This document shows, one piece after another, positions 36,880-50,956 of a stretch of DNA of 64,000 nt. Location: contig OX597815.1 of NCBI GenBank assembly GCA_951406725.2, positions 185,814,001 to 185,878,000 on the forward strand, written 5' to 3'. A program made the position numbers and the translations under genes. A model generated the notes under the pieces. That model was not told the DNA's origin. It saw only the letters and a list, made by a program, of their open reading frames with translations, and searched no databases. This stretch comes from Octopus vulgaris (Eukaryota). Within the stretch, counting starts at the first letter, position 1. Each line of letters opens with the position of its first letter.

Positions 36880-37330
36880 CCTGTCATAACCCATCGACCT
36901 TAAACATGATCAAAGATCTGTTTTGAAATCGATAAAGTTGTGCCAGAGGTCAGATTGCCGTTTCAAATGTTTCGCATTGAGCCGTCTAATGTTAAACATA
37001 TGCTTCGCAATATTCCTTTTGGGCCTAAATTCTACTTGTTCTTCTGTCTTTCCCTTATCTTTGTGTAGTTTGCCTGGTACTGTCAGGTATTCCACTACAT
37101 CTCCCTGCTCAAAACCATTCTTCAGAGCACAGTTAAGTGAGGTCGAAAGAGAAGCAAAGACCAAAAAGATGCTGGATTGACATCATTATGGATTTGCCAG
37201 GTCACAACACAACGAACCTGCTACGCGTCACAGAGAATGGAGATCAGTGGCGACGGCTGACTACAAAAGCGCCTAGTGTGGCACCCCATCGACTGGCTGA
37301 AACAGTTAAAGGATATTGATGATGAGGATT
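36880..37330. mobile_element. RTE LINE relic with an inverted 5' segment
   Basis: Minus strand ~36910-37050: EEQVEFRPKRNIAKHMFNIRRL..HNFIDFK (RT QxGFR..FIDF motif). Plus strand ~37070-37320: LKTILQSTV..RPKRCWID..DQWRRL, then a gatgatga tail. Confidence 0.7.
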
Positions 37331-37702
37331 ATCACAACGACGACGACAACTGAACGAAAGAGGCATTTGAGGATATATTTGTTAATACTGATTAAAATAA
37401 TTCTAATCCAACAAAAAAATTAGAATAATGTTCTAAAACAGACTTTTTCATTTACTGACGTAGATGAGCCGACGTTCCGGTCTTTCAGGTAACGGGAAAA
37501 AAATTCAGCCAATCAACTCTCTTAAAGTAAACGGGAAAAAAAAAAGAGAGAGAAAGGCAGGATGTTTCTACATTACCTGCAATCTCCACAGTAAAAGAAT
37601 CAGGTAAATATCTACTTTATCTACATCATATATATTTCAAATATTCTGATTTACACTCTGCCCTACATAAATGTATTAAACAACAACAACGATAATAATA
37701 AT

Positions 37703-39352
37703 CTTGATCAACAGGGTGTCATAAAGGAGCTAGAACCAGTGGAGAGCAATAAATACCTAGGGGCATTTTAAGGTGATGGAATCAAACATTCAATGTTGAG
37801 GGAAAAGATCAGAAAAGAATATTATCGCAGAGTAAGGGCAATACTCAAGACAGAGTTGAAAGCAAGAAACAGGATCGAAGTGATCAATACTTTAGCCATA
37901 TCGGTTGTGATTTACAGTTTCAATATCATTAACGGGTCAATTACTGTAATCTTGACAGAAAAATACGAATATTGTTGACAGTGCATAGAATGCACCACCC
38001 TAGGGCAGATATAGAACGGCTTTACCTGCCAAGAAAGGAGGCTGGCCGTGGGCTTTTACAACTGGAATTAACAATGAAGATTGCCCCAGTTGGCCTAGAC
38101 ACCTACCTGAAAAACTCTGAGGACTGAATTTTTAAACTTATCTTAAAGAATGAAAACAAGAAAACGTCATACTTAGTAACAAAACAGGCAAAGAAATATC
38201 TAAGTGAATTCTAAATACAACAAATCCCAGAATTAGACGTACTGGAAACAAGTACAGAAAAAGCTAAGTGTAAAAAAAAACCGTGCTAAAACTGTTCCCT
38301 TAGATATTCTTACTGATAAATGGCAAGAAAAACCTCTTAATGACAAATACGCAAAGAGAGCTAATAATGCCAATGTTGATAAAACCCTTATCTATCAATG
38401 GTTAGTGTTTTCTGGCTTAAAATCAGAGACAGAAGTGTCTATCATAGCATCACAAGATCAATGCCTACCTACAAGAAGCTTCATTTTAAAGAACGGCAGT
38501 AGCCCAACATGTCTATATATACAACAAAATGAAACCATTAATCATATTGTCTCCATGTGCAGTCTTCTTGCGCCTACAGAGTATCTCAACAGGCATGATA
38601 GAGCAGCACAGTATATTCACTGGGTAATTTGCAAAGACTTGGACCTACCCCATGATAAAATCTACTGGGAACACAAACTACCCCCAGTGCTTGAAAATGA
38701 CAGAATCTCACTCCTTTGGAACTTTACTGCTCATACTGAAAGATGCAAATAGGCCAGACATTATATTGAAGGATTTCAGACAAAAATCATGCCTCCTCAT
38801 CGATATGAGTGTCCCATCGACATAATTGTATCTGTCAAGACCTACTAAAAACTAAGCAAGTATAAAAATCTTGAAACAGAAATTGGCAAAATGTGGAACC
38901 TGAAGACTAAAACAGCACTTGTTTTCATAGGTGCATTGATAGAAAAAGGGGCTGATTGCTACCTAAGCCAGACACCGAGAAATCCAAAAAATGGTAGAAA
39001 TTCAAAAACTAGTGCTCATGGGAACTGCCCATATTCTATGTAAAATATTGTCTATGTCATCCCCAAAATATTTTAATCTGTAAACAGTGTCAAAATACTT
39101 TTAAATGTACATAACACCAAATATATTTTACTGTCATCTTAACATCAGACTATCATCTTATAATCAAATTGTTTTTAAGACAAACTTCTAATTTAATTTA
39201 TCTCTTGACAGACATTCTCTAGAACAATACTCTGTGCAAAACAAAATATATGGCACCTTAGTCATAACACCGACTTGAAATTCTAATTTGCTGTCTCTTG
39301 AGATATTTGGGCGAGAGTCAACTTGTACAAATGCAAAGCAAAAGCCAAACAT
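37703..39352 (+). mobile_element. 5'-truncated R4/Dong-clade LINE (RT thumb, CCHC, RLE endonuclease) in a TAA repeat
   Basis: KYLG, KEYYRRVRAILKTELKARNRIEVINTLA, HHPRADIERLYLPRKEAGRGL, LKSETE..IIASQDQ, ETINHIVSMC..YLNRHD, RPDIILKD..CLLIDMSVP. Multiple stops; flanked by ataataat on the 5' side and (ATA)n on the 3' side. Confidence 0.9.
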
Positions 39353-39389
39353 AATAATAATAATAATAATGATGATGATGATGATAATG

Positions 39390-39960
39390 AGAAAGCCCTG
39401 ATGCAGTACCAGACAGTGGCTCTTATGGCTTCTGATCATAACTGATTGGAAGTGTTATCATGTACGTTGTTTTGTCTTGGTATAAAAGATGGACTGCAGC
39501 AAATATTCTGCTCCATACCACAGATTTGCTTGTCAGTTACTTGACCTTAACCAGTTGAGCATGGCCCTTGGTGGTTGACGATATGTGATCACAAGCAGGA
39601 GTAGTGGGAGAGCATCATAGACATGTGCTGAAAGGATTACTTTGGGGTTTGGATAATTCACCTTTGGAAACATGGGTGTTTTGTTCAACATCCTTAAACA
39701 ACCCTTATTCAGGGACCTTTTGAGCAGGATGGGTTACTCGACCAGAAGAAAATTCTAACTGGGTCCTCACCTGCAAAGTCATGCGCTGCTTATCTTGATA
39801 TAAGATCACCATGTCGCGCACATATGGTTGTGATGCATGTGCCTGGTGTACTCTTATCAGACGGGTAATCATTTTGGGTATACTGGGCTTCGTATAATTG
39901 TACTCTAGTGACACTTTGATGGCATGCGCTGACCTCTCACTCAATAATAATAATAACGAT
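39390..39960 (+). mobile_element. Non-coding retroelement 3' end inserted in the same TAA/TGA tract
   Basis: Bounded by (ATG/ATA)n on the left and ctcactcaataataataataa on the right; family not identified. Confidence 0.5.
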
Positions 39961-40770
39961 GACAACAATAATAATGTTTCTAGTTTAAGCGTTCGGTAAG
40001 CGAATTTTGGGGTAGATCGATACCATCGATCTCACTACTTGACCAGTAAGTTATTGTGTCTTCCCTGGAGCCACGAAAGACAAAGTTGTCCTTGGTGAGA
40101 TTTAAGTTATGAATAGCGCAAAGCGTTTTCCGATTCTCTACTGATTCTCTCCAGCAGTTCTTATTTTGGTAAACTTAAACAGGCAGCCTAAATGCGGACA
40201 TTGTATCACCAAGTTCAAACCCGTCTTAATTCTCTGACTAATCTTCTATGACTGTATAGCTTATACCGAACTGATAACATCCTTCCTGGCATTAATGCTA
40301 AGACACGGATTTTGGTTATTATACATAAATCTTCACTTGGAAAACACTTGATAAAGTTACTGAGTGCAAATCTGTAGGCGCCCAGGCATACTCACACGTC
40401 TTCGTTATACTTACGCTCATTAAAATCCCACGGAACCCGTTTGTTGAAGAGACGAAGCCTATAATTCTCGGCAGAATCATTCTGTTTCAGAGTCCAAACT
40501 AGAGTAGAATACCAACGGCACACACAATATGGGCGTTTTATTCTTTTGTATTCTTTTGCTTGTTTCAGTCATTTGACTGCGGCCATGCTGGAGCACCGCC
40601 TTTAGTCGAACAAGTCGACCCTAGGACTTATTCTTTGTAAGCCAAGAACTTATTCTGCCGATCTCTTTTGCCGAATCGCTAAGTTACGGGCACGTAAACA
40701 CACCAACATCGGCTGTCAAGCGATGTTGGGGGAGGACAACACACACACACACATACACGCACACACTTAT

Positions 40771-40807
<37 letters not shown>

Positions 40808-41169
40808 CGACGGGATTCTTTCAGTTTCCGTCTACCAAAACCACTCACATGGCTTTGGCCGACCCGGGGCTATAGTAGAAGACGCTTGCCCAAGGTGCCA
40901 CGCAGTAGGACTGGACCCGGACCCATGTAGTTGGTAAGCAAGCTACTTTATTTCAAAATTTTGCCATAAAGGCATAGCATAGAGGGGACACTACAAAACA
41001 TGTGGGGGACATATAACAATTAAAAATATATAAAAATAAAATATGATACTATGAATAACACGTGAAAATGAACATGAAAAAATAAAATCAAAATATTAAA
41101 GTTATTATAACATGAATGATATCTTGAAAATGGGAATATGAAAAGTGTGTTACCCACCCCACACTGAGT

Positions 41170-42212
41170 AGCACACGCGTGGTTTACTGGTTGTGATATT
41201 CGACTCGCGATCGCGAGTTCGATTTCGGATGGCGTGTTGCGTCCTTGACCAGAACACATTATTTCACGTTGCTGCAGTTCACGCAACTGGAAAAAAATGA
41301 GCTGTATATGTATTTCAAAAGGGCCAGCCATGTCACATTGTGTCACGCTGAATCCCCTCGAGAACTACGTTAAGGGTACTTGAGTCTATAGAGAATTTAA
41401 CTACTTGCAAGTTAATTTCATGAGCAAGCTATTCCGCTGATCGGATCACTTGAAACCCTATCCTTCGTAACCGACAGAGTGTTAGTTACAGAAATTTTAA
41501 TCTAAGTTCGGATGTGATTGGTACCTTTTCCTTCCCATGTATTGGAAGGACACTTGGTTAAGTTACTCTGTAGCGGGTATTAGAAAAAGAACCGCTTGTT
41601 ATCCAGTCAGATATCAAGATTAAACCACTGTAGTTTCACATGAACAGTCTCTTAAGCAGTCAATCGGCGTCAAGCCATCTCATGATTCAGTCTTCAAGAA
41701 TTTTCTCCTTGGGCCCTATATAAATGCAGATTTTTAGCGTTAATCGCAGAATGTTGAGGCAGCCGCACATTGTGTCTCCATTCTCACAACACCCAGCAGA
41801 TTAATACAGACGACAGACAGTAGACAGGAATTTTCAACACCATGGATATAACACAATTATTTTCCAGTTATGCTTGAGCCAGCCACAGGTTGCTCTACCA
41901 GTTAACTTTTCGTAAACTCCAAGAATGTTTCTTGTTTGTAATTATTGCTGTTAGTATTTGTAAAGGACCAAATTTTTGTAACTAACAATCCGTCGGTTAC
42001 GAAGGATAGGGTTTCAAGTGACCCGATCAGCGGAATAGCTTGCTCATGAAATTAACTTGCAAGTGGTTAAATTCTCCATAGACTCAAGTACCGTTAACGT
42101 AGTTCTCAAGGGGATTCAGCGTGACACAATGTGAAATGACTGGCCCTTTGAAATACATATACAACTCATTTTTTCTAGTTGTGTGAACTGCAGCAACGTA
42201 AAATAATGTGTT
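41170..42212. repeat. Inverted pair of family C-related SINE segments around a ~480-bp spacer
   Basis: ~41253-41497 and ~41970-42212 are reverse complements, including the shared 3' end gttagttaca.aaattt. Confidence 0.85.
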
Positions 42213-42379
42213 AAAAGTCTATGTGCAACAATAAAATTTTCTGCTGGTTGTCCGTGAGTGTTGTCAGTTCTACATTTTTTGTCATCACTTCAAACCATAT
42301 CAACACAACTCACGGTAAGTTAATAGAGAACTGTGCTTACCTTTTCTGGTAAATGGTGACCGGCTGCTATTTGATTCAT

Positions 42380-42530
42380 ACTGGTCACCGCCGCGACCCT
42401 AGGTGTTCTTGGACCCCGCACTACTGATTTCCTCCGCAAAATCCAGATGACTTGCTTAGTGCAGTGTCTGTTGCAACGTGTGTCTCTGGCAATTCTCTGC
42501 GGTATTGCCTTTGCAGTTATGTCTGCGAGG
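42380..42530 (+). mobile_element. RLE-type (CRE/NeSL-like) LINE C-terminal remnant
   Basis: TLGVLGPRTTDFLRKI..LLQRVSLAILCGIAFAV resembles ETxGxxG..FL..QRLSxAIxRGNA. Confidence 0.5.
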
Positions 42531-42684
42531 CTACACTGAACACATTTTTCAGACTAGGGTGCACAACCTTTCGCTGCTTCATTCTTTCTCTTTGTTTTCT
42601 TGTTGAAGTAATTTTTTTTTTATATTTTAATCTTTTATACTTCTGATTTTCTTCCGTTTCTGTTCTTTTTCCTTTATCAATATA

Positions 42685-43077
42685 CTAGCAGTATCGCCCG
42701 GCGTTGCTCGGGTTTGTTTCGACCCTTTAGAATTGGAATTTTTGAAAAGTAAAAATTTTGCATTATGTAGCTTGTTATTCTCTTTAAGTGAACATTTTTC
42801 TGGTTGAAATACACCGAAAAATGGCGACATTTTACGACAAAAATCGTAAAAAATAGGGATTTTCATAGAAAAACGCACCTTTTTTATGTAAATAATTTTT
42901 GGTCTTAACATGGTCCGATTTGAATTTTTTCTTCTACGAAATGAAGAGCAAGCCTTCTTCTATCATACTCTCAATTTTAGTCAACTTGCGCCGCAGGGTC
43001 TCGGAGGAGATAGTGTTAGTTGAAGGCTACTAAATCTGCCATAGACAGACAACTTCAGCTTTATATATATAGAGAGA
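42685..43077 (-). mobile_element. Non-autonomous Helitron
   Basis: Near-identical to 33417-33807; TC start, hairpin plus CTAG end. Confidence 0.85.
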
Positions 43078-45588
43078 TTTTTTCATACATTTGTTGCTTT
43101 CAATCGTTTTCTAAGTTGAAAGGTTAAGTCTTTCCCATAATTATTTTCCAGTGTTGAGACAGACTGGTAACTTTTTATTTCACAGAAGCAAGACTGAACT
43201 TATGTTATTCATTGAAATAATTTATTCTTTATAGTAAACATACCTAATTTACTCAACCTCAACAAATCAATACAAAATGTATGCTTTTCTACCTGAGCAG
43301 GAGAAAGGCTTCCATTCTTCATCGTATATTTCACTATTGTAATTGTTTTAGTCTTTGATGATTTTTTCTTCTTTATTCTGATTGATATTTCTCTAGTAGT
43401 TGTTTATTTTTGTTGTTATTGTTAAAGTTGTTTTGTATTTTGTTATCACTAATTTCGTTGACTTTTTGCAGAGAATTTCAAATGCTTGTATTGTTGGATT
43501 TCCATTACATCTTGTTTTCTTTTTGCCCTTGCTATTTGTTCGTATCGTTCTTTGTGGTCATGTTTATTGATTTTGTTGTTTATGTCGATGTGGTTTTCCG
43601 CCTCAGTGGGCAGAGTCATTTTTTTTCCACTTTGACAGGTGAATTTGTGGAAAGCAGACGATAGCCTAGAGTCACAGCTTAAACTGCTGTCATGGCTGCC
43701 TTCCGTCGCTTATCACTCTTCGAACTTCAGGCTTTGTTGACATTAAAAAAAAATATGCGTCTATGTTGTTTGTTTGCTGGTTAGACAAGAGGGATAATTA
43801 ACAATTTTTTTTTTATATACATAGATATGTTATTATTTTTGTTTAATAGGCGGCGAGCTGGCAGAAACGTCAGTATGCCGGACAAAATGCTTAGAAGTAT
43901 TTCGTCTGTCTTTATGTTCTGAGTTCAAATTCCGCAGAGATCGACTTCGCTTTTCATCCTTTCGAGGACGATAAATTAAGTACCAGTTGTGTACTGGTTC
44001 GATCTAATCGACTGCCCCCTCTCCCTAAAAAAATCGGGCCTTGTGCCTGGAGTAGAAGAGAATAATACAGCATAGGTGTATTTCGTCTGCCGCTACGTTC
44101 TTTGTTCAAATTATTTCGTCTGCCGTTACATTCTGAGTTCAAATTCCGCCGAGGTCGACTTTGCCTTTTATCGTTTCGGGGTCGATGTATTAAGTACCAT
44201 TTGAGTACTGGCTCGATCTAATCGACTGGTCCCTTCCCCCCCAAAAAATGGGACTTGTGCCTGGAGCAGAAACAAATTAACAGTTTTTTTTTCCTATTTA
44301 TCGCGAGAAATACTGGGAGGATTTAAAACACTCATTTTCAGGAAGGCTCGAACAATTATAAAGACAAAGATTTCTAATACCTATTTCTTTACTACCCACA
44401 AGGGGCTAAACACAGAGAGGACAAACAAGGACAGAAAAACGGATTAAGTCAATTACATCGACCCCAGTGCGTAACTGGTACTTAATTTATCGACCCCAAA
44501 AGGATGAAAGGCAAAGTCGACCTCGGCGGAATTTGAACTCAGAACGTAATGGCAGACGAAATACGGCTGCGCGTTTCGCCCGGTGTGCTGACGTTCCTGC
44601 CATCTCACTAATACCGAAGAAAAACATTATAAAACTAGATATAAACTAATGGAGCATCGAGTTCTACCACCAGAACAATTCGAAGAAAAAAAAAAAAAAG
44701 CGAATGTCTTGTTACATTGGATAAAAGTGAAAATTATTTTTATAGCAAAAAGCACAAACAAAAACAACTATCCAGTTAAACAACTGTTTATTGCTGGCTG
44801 GTATGAATGGAGACTGAAGGTACGGAATATTAAAAATGCAGGTTTGATGTCTAACTGCATGCACACACACTCACACGCGCGCATAATTCATCTCATGTCC
44901 TGAGAAAAGCCTGTCTGTTTTTTGACGAAAATATTAACATCAGGTACCATCTATCGGTCTGTCTGTCTGTCTCTCTTATAGACACGCACACACACACATG
45001 CACACATACATATTATATATATTTCTTTTTTTGCATTTGGTTTGCAAGATTCTTTATGTGAATTCGTGTGTTCAAGCATATTTTACTGTCTGGGGAGAAT
45101 CATTCTGTTTTAATGCTTCATTGATTAACACACTCGCCGGTTCGATTTCCACTCATTTACCTATATATTTTTGCAACCTCTTCAATAGTCGTTGACTCTC
45201 AACGACCATTGAAGAGGCTGCAAGAAGCAACGAAAATTTTAGACAAAAATAGCTAAGTAAATGAGTGGTTAAATAATGAGGAATCAAAATAGAATGATTC
45301 CCCTCAAACACAATAATTCGTCTGCCGTCACGTTCTGAGTTCAAATTCCGCCCAGGTCGACTTTGCCTTTCATCTTTTCGGGGTTGATAAATTAAGTACC
45401 AATTGCGTACTGGGGTCGATGTGATCGACTGGCCCCTACCTACCCCAAAATTTCGGGCCTTGTGCCTAGAGTAGAAAAGATTATTTAATTTTAAAGTATT
45501 TTCATTTATTTTGTTATCTTTATACCAAAGTTATAAACTGCGACGAATTTTTTTTTACATCTTTTTATCTATATTTAATATGTTAATG

Positions 45589-45908
45589 CAGAGGTTCTCA
45601 AAGTGGGCGCTACTACACCCCGGTGGGCGCTGATACGACCCAGCTGGGCGCTGGTGCCTAAGGGTAGAGAAAAAGGATGCATTGGGAGGAAGGCAGTGGA
45701 TGGGGGGACGCTATGAATTTATAATATGAATTTATAATAGTATTGTATACAAATTATATAATACTATATTAAATATCAAATGATTCATAGTTTATATAAA
45801 TTAGTTAAATATAGAATATTTATTCATACATAAAAATAGGGGTGGGGGCATTGAGGTTATTATGTTGCCATGAGAGGGGCGGTGGTCCAAAAAGTCTAAG
45901 AACCTCTG
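45589..45908. mobile_element. hAT-type MITE
   Basis: TIRs cagaggttct/agaacctctg; 8-bp flanks tgttaatg/ctttaatg. Confidence 0.8.
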
Positions 45909-47701
45909 CTTTAATGGGATGACGTTGTTAATGGGATGATCATCTCAATATTTCATAACGCATCTTTTATATATTATTTGTTTTAGTCAGCACACTGCGG
46001 CCATGCTGGGGCACCGCCCTGAAGAAATTTTAGTCAGGTGAATCGACTTCGGTACTTCTTTTTTAAAGCTTGGTCCTTATTCTATCGCTCTTTTCTGCTG
46101 AACCGCCAAGTGAAAAATTGAATGATATCTCACTAGATGGAGTACTTTTTGTTTTTTGTTGATACTACCTTAACGGATCAGTAAACTATTTCTAAACACA
46201 CAAACACACACACACGCACCGACACACGCATATTCTTAAACAAGAATGCTATTGAGAGAGACTTCGAAGTTTTGATCAGTTAAGCCATCATCGGTCTGCA
46301 ATGCATTGAAGTTAATCTTGACTTCATATAATCTCTGTTGAGTTAAAAAATCTTCCTTAAGTATGTGGGTTTGAGTGGAGTGGTTATTGGGTGGTTGTTA
46401 TGGAGAGGTGTTTTGGAAAAATTTTTATCGATTAAATTTGAGTCCGTTATCGTTAAGAATTTATTCATGCATGCAGAACTTTGTTGGCAAGTGTGTATAT
46501 TTAAGTATGTTCCCAATTGTTAGGTAGATACAGGACATGACAGCTTTAATTACTTTTGGATTAATTGGATTTAATCATTTACTTTGACAACGTAAAATTC
46601 AAAGCTACAAAGTTCAGTATTTAAATTTTTAGTAACTGAGTGTCCAATATTTTGCATGGAATTTTTTTTTAAGGGGTTCAAAAACATATCTTACCATTAT
46701 ACCTATTTCTTTACTACCCACAAGGGGCTAAACATAGAGGGGACAAACAAGGACAGACAAAGGGATTAAGTCGATTACATCGACCCAGTGCGAAACTGGT
46801 ACTTTATTTATCGACCCCAAGAGAATGAAAGGCAAAGTCGACCTTGGTGGAATTTGAACTCAGAACGTAACGGCAGACAAAATATCGCTAAGCATTTTGC
46901 CCGGCATGCTAACGTTTCTGCCAGCTCGCCGCCCTCCTTACCATTATACCACTGCTCTGTTCCATCTACTACCGACAGTGCAGTTGGTGTCAAAGAACGG
47001 CTTTTTTCCCCTTTTCTTTACCTTTCTCTCTAAAAGTTGCCTTTTCCTTTTCCCTCCCACACCTGCAACCGTCACATAATCTACACACTTGTACATTTTA
47101 ATGATTTCGATTTTCTAATTGAACACAATAATAGTTCGCTCTTACCATCTTCCCACCCGCCATCATTTATTAACCTATAGTTATAACCTCTGACAGGTCA
47201 GCATATTTCTGACAACCAAATTTCTTCTTTTCTATACTATTTTTGTCTCTACTAGTCAACTAGTCTAAGCATCTTCCTTAATACATTTCCTAGTGCCTAC
47301 GCTATCATCTCTCTCCATTCTCCCAATTATTCACCAGTTTTAAATTGCAAATTACATTTACTATCCTCCTCCTATTGTATGTGTGTGTGTGTGTGTGTCC
47401 GCGCGCGCGTGTGTGTGTGTGAATAGTGAAAAAAGTTCGGTAAGAAAAATTTTCCTTGTGGTGAACTGTGGTGAAAAATATAAAAAGAAGCAAAATGCAC
47501 TAAAGTCATATTGGACAATACACACAAACACACACAATACACGCACGCACGCACACACATGTGTGTGAAATAAGATACTTCCATAGCCGACCGGTTTCGC
47601 TCGTGGTCACCATGACTAGCAAGTAGGTGATAATGTCAAATTTCATGACATCATGTGACGTTTTCATTCCATGTTAGTAGCAGAAAGGATGTATAAATAT
47701 G

Positions 47702-47732
<31 letters not shown>

Positions 47733-48444
47733 ACATGCACGCACAAATATGTGTGTATTTTTGTATTTTCCATTATTTTGCATCTGAGACAAGTAGTTGC
47801 CCACCTGTTTAGAAAATTTCTTAAATTTTCTAAATCAGTAGCTTTTGTGTCTGAATCACTGTGAATAAGACCATTCTCTCTCTATATATATATATATATA
47901 TTATCCGTCTCTATGCGCACACATATAGACAGCTGATACCTGCGGCGTATGTGTGCATGTGCCTATAGTTATAAATATGATAATGAACGTATTTTGTATA
48001 TACAAATTCTTAATTTTTAAAAACATTTCCCTGTATTAAATTCTTACATATCGGAAAAGAGGAGTATGTATTTTTGGCCAACGCTAATTTGCATAATTTT
48101 AAATAAAAGGAGCTAAGAGAAATAAGAGAGCCAGTAGCATGAATTTAGATAATTAAGCTAAAGGCTTGTTTACACCCCCCCACACACACACAGGTATTAT
48201 GTACATTGACTGCAATATTAGAACATTTTAGCACTTATTCCTAACAATGCAGTTGTTTCTAACACTCTAGTTACATTTAGTAGCAATTATAGTTTTTTTT
48301 TTTGATAAAACATTGCAAACTGCTGTCTATATTACTTTTACGCACACACACACATACACACACATATATATCAAGTTCAGGCACATAGGCAAATAACGAA
48401 TGCTGGCACAGAAGTACATAAACAATATATACATACATACATTC

Positions 48445-48755
48445 CACAGATGAATCGGAACAACCAAGAAAAGAGAAGAGATGGGCGTGAAGAAGCCAAA
48501 GATTAAATGGCCGAAGGCGAATGATGTAGCGAGCTCATCGAAGAAACCAAAGAGCAAACGGGAAAAGGAGAAGGAAAAAATGCACTCAATACAAGTGCTA
48601 AAGATACCTCCGAAAAGGGGAGGCTCCCGCCATGTCGAAAATGGTAGAGGAGTAGGGGGCTGAAACGGAACGTGGTTCCCCTGATGATGTCTTTAGCCAC
48701 TGGATCCTATAAAGGAGCTGTTGAGGTGGCGAAGCACGAAACGTGGTTGGAATTC
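48445..48755 (+). mobile_element. Possible HERO-like (RLE) LINE deletion remnant
   Basis: KPKIKWPKAND resembles the IKWPKAN motif of HERO-type elements; no RT domain present. Confidence 0.3.
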
Positions 48756-49317
48756 CTCCATATATACGTACGTGCATTCATATACTTACATACAGGCAAC
48801 ATAACGACACGCAGAGACATATACACTCAGTGATAACTCTTACTCTTTTACTCTTTTACTTGTTTCAGCCATTTGACTGCGGCCATGCTGGAGCACCGCC
48901 TTTACTCGATTAAATCGACCCCAGGATTTATTCTTTGCAAGTCTAGTACTTATTCTATCGGTCACTTTTGCCGAACCGCTAAGTTACGGGGAGGTAAACA
49001 TACCAGCATCGGTTGTCAAGCGATGTTGGGTGGACAAACACAGACACACAAACATATACACACACATACATATATTCATATACATATATACGGCGGGCTT
49101 CTTTCAGTTTCCGTCTACCAAATCCACTCAGAAGGCTTTGGTCGACCCGAGGCTATAGTAGAAGACACTTGCCCAAGGTGCCACGCAGTGGAAACATGTG
49201 GTTGGTAAGCAAGCTACTTACCACACAGCCAATCCTACGCCTATGACAAAAATAAAAGACAAAATTAAACATAGAAACAAGACATGTACACAGAAAGAAG
49301 ACATCTACGCGGACAGG

Positions 49318-49355
<38 letters not shown>

Positions 49356-49380
49356 AGTCAGAGAGCGACAAGGTGTATAT

Positions 49381-49992
49381 ACATGGTGGTGCAAAAGTAG
49401 GTATGCAGTTATGAAAAACGAAAACATGTACAATACTCTTTTTTATCAAAAAAATTTTAAGTTACGATAAAAGATTTATTTTTTCTTTTATTTGTTTGTT
49501 CTTTGACTGCGGCCATACTGGAGCACCGTCTTTAGTCGAGCAAATCAAGCCCAAGACTTATTCTTTGTAAGCCTTGTACTTATTCTATCGGTCTATTTTG
49601 CCGAACTGCTAAGTTGCGGGGACGTAAACACACTAGCATCGGTTGTCAAGCGATAGTGGGTGGGTGGTTGGGGGGGGACAAACACAGACACACAAACTTG
49701 GGCTTCTTTCAGTTTCCGTCTACCAAAACCACTCACAAAGCTTTGGTCGGCCCGAGGCTATAGTAGAAGACACTTGCCGAAGGTGCCACGCAGTGGGACT
49801 GAACACGGAACCATGTGGTTGGTAAGCAAGCTACTTACCACACAGCCACTCCTGCGCCTATGGTTAAGATAAATGGATTAATGACACTGAAAATAGCAAA
49901 ACTGAAGCTAACTAATTTAAGGAGGTAATAATTTTAATGAATTAAGTATACCTTGCTGTATACCTACGTTTGCACCAACTCCTTCCCCCTGT
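49381..49992. mobile_element. Tc1/mariner-type MITE with a nested family B SINE
   Basis: Inverted ends ggtgcaaaagtaggtatgcag / ctgtatacctacgtttgcacc, TA-flanked. Confidence 0.6.
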
Positions 49993-50956
49993 ATATATAT
50001 ATTTCGTTTTTTGCATTTGGTTTGAAAGATTCTTTATGTGAATTTGTGTGTTGAAGCATATTTTATTGTCTGGGCACAGTCATTGTCTTTTAGTGCTTTA
50101 TTTTTCAACACCGGTTAGATTTTAGAAAAAATAAATAGCTAAATGAGTGGAAATCGAACCGGCGCGTGTGTTAGATAATAAGGCAATGATACAATGATAT
50201 ATATATATATATATATGGGTTTGTATGATTGTGTATAGAGGGATATATGTTATTTAAAGAAATTCCAACTCTGTCTTTTATGTTTCATTTATATTCTTTA
50301 TAATATTAATGTAGAATATAGAATATATAATAGTATAAATAATATATATATAGTAAAATGAAATGAAGTATTGATTGTCTTATTGAATAGATGAAATGTT
50401 GAATATCAAATATTAAGGGACTAGTATGCATTCTTGCATTAAAGCAATCTTCAAGGTCCCAGGTTGTGACAGGAGTGTTTCAACTGTGGTTGACTGACTG
50501 TCTGTTGTCCTTTATGTATGTTCCTGTATATATATATGCACACACACAGAAACAAGACACGTATTTTATGCAGAGACAAAACATACACACAGAGATAAGG
50601 TGCGCGTGTGTTTCTGTACGTCGAGACAAGTTATTTGCACATAGAGAGTGTGACGGCTTTGTCAACTCGTCTTTCTCTCTGTATCTTGTGCGTTTGTATC
50701 TTTGTTCTGTCTATAAATCTGTGCACGTGCTTTCGCTATCAGAGGAATATGAGTTCTGTGCGTGTGTGTGTGTGTATATATGTATCTGCCTGTGTGCTAA
50801 TGCAATGTGTGTCTACAGGTGCGTGATATACTACCACTATTAGAAACTCACCAGAAAATATTAAAATGTCAAAACAAATATATCTATATTTATCAACTTA
50901 TTCACACCTACACACCTGTGTGTGTGCGTATTTAAATGTTTGTAAATAAGAAATAT

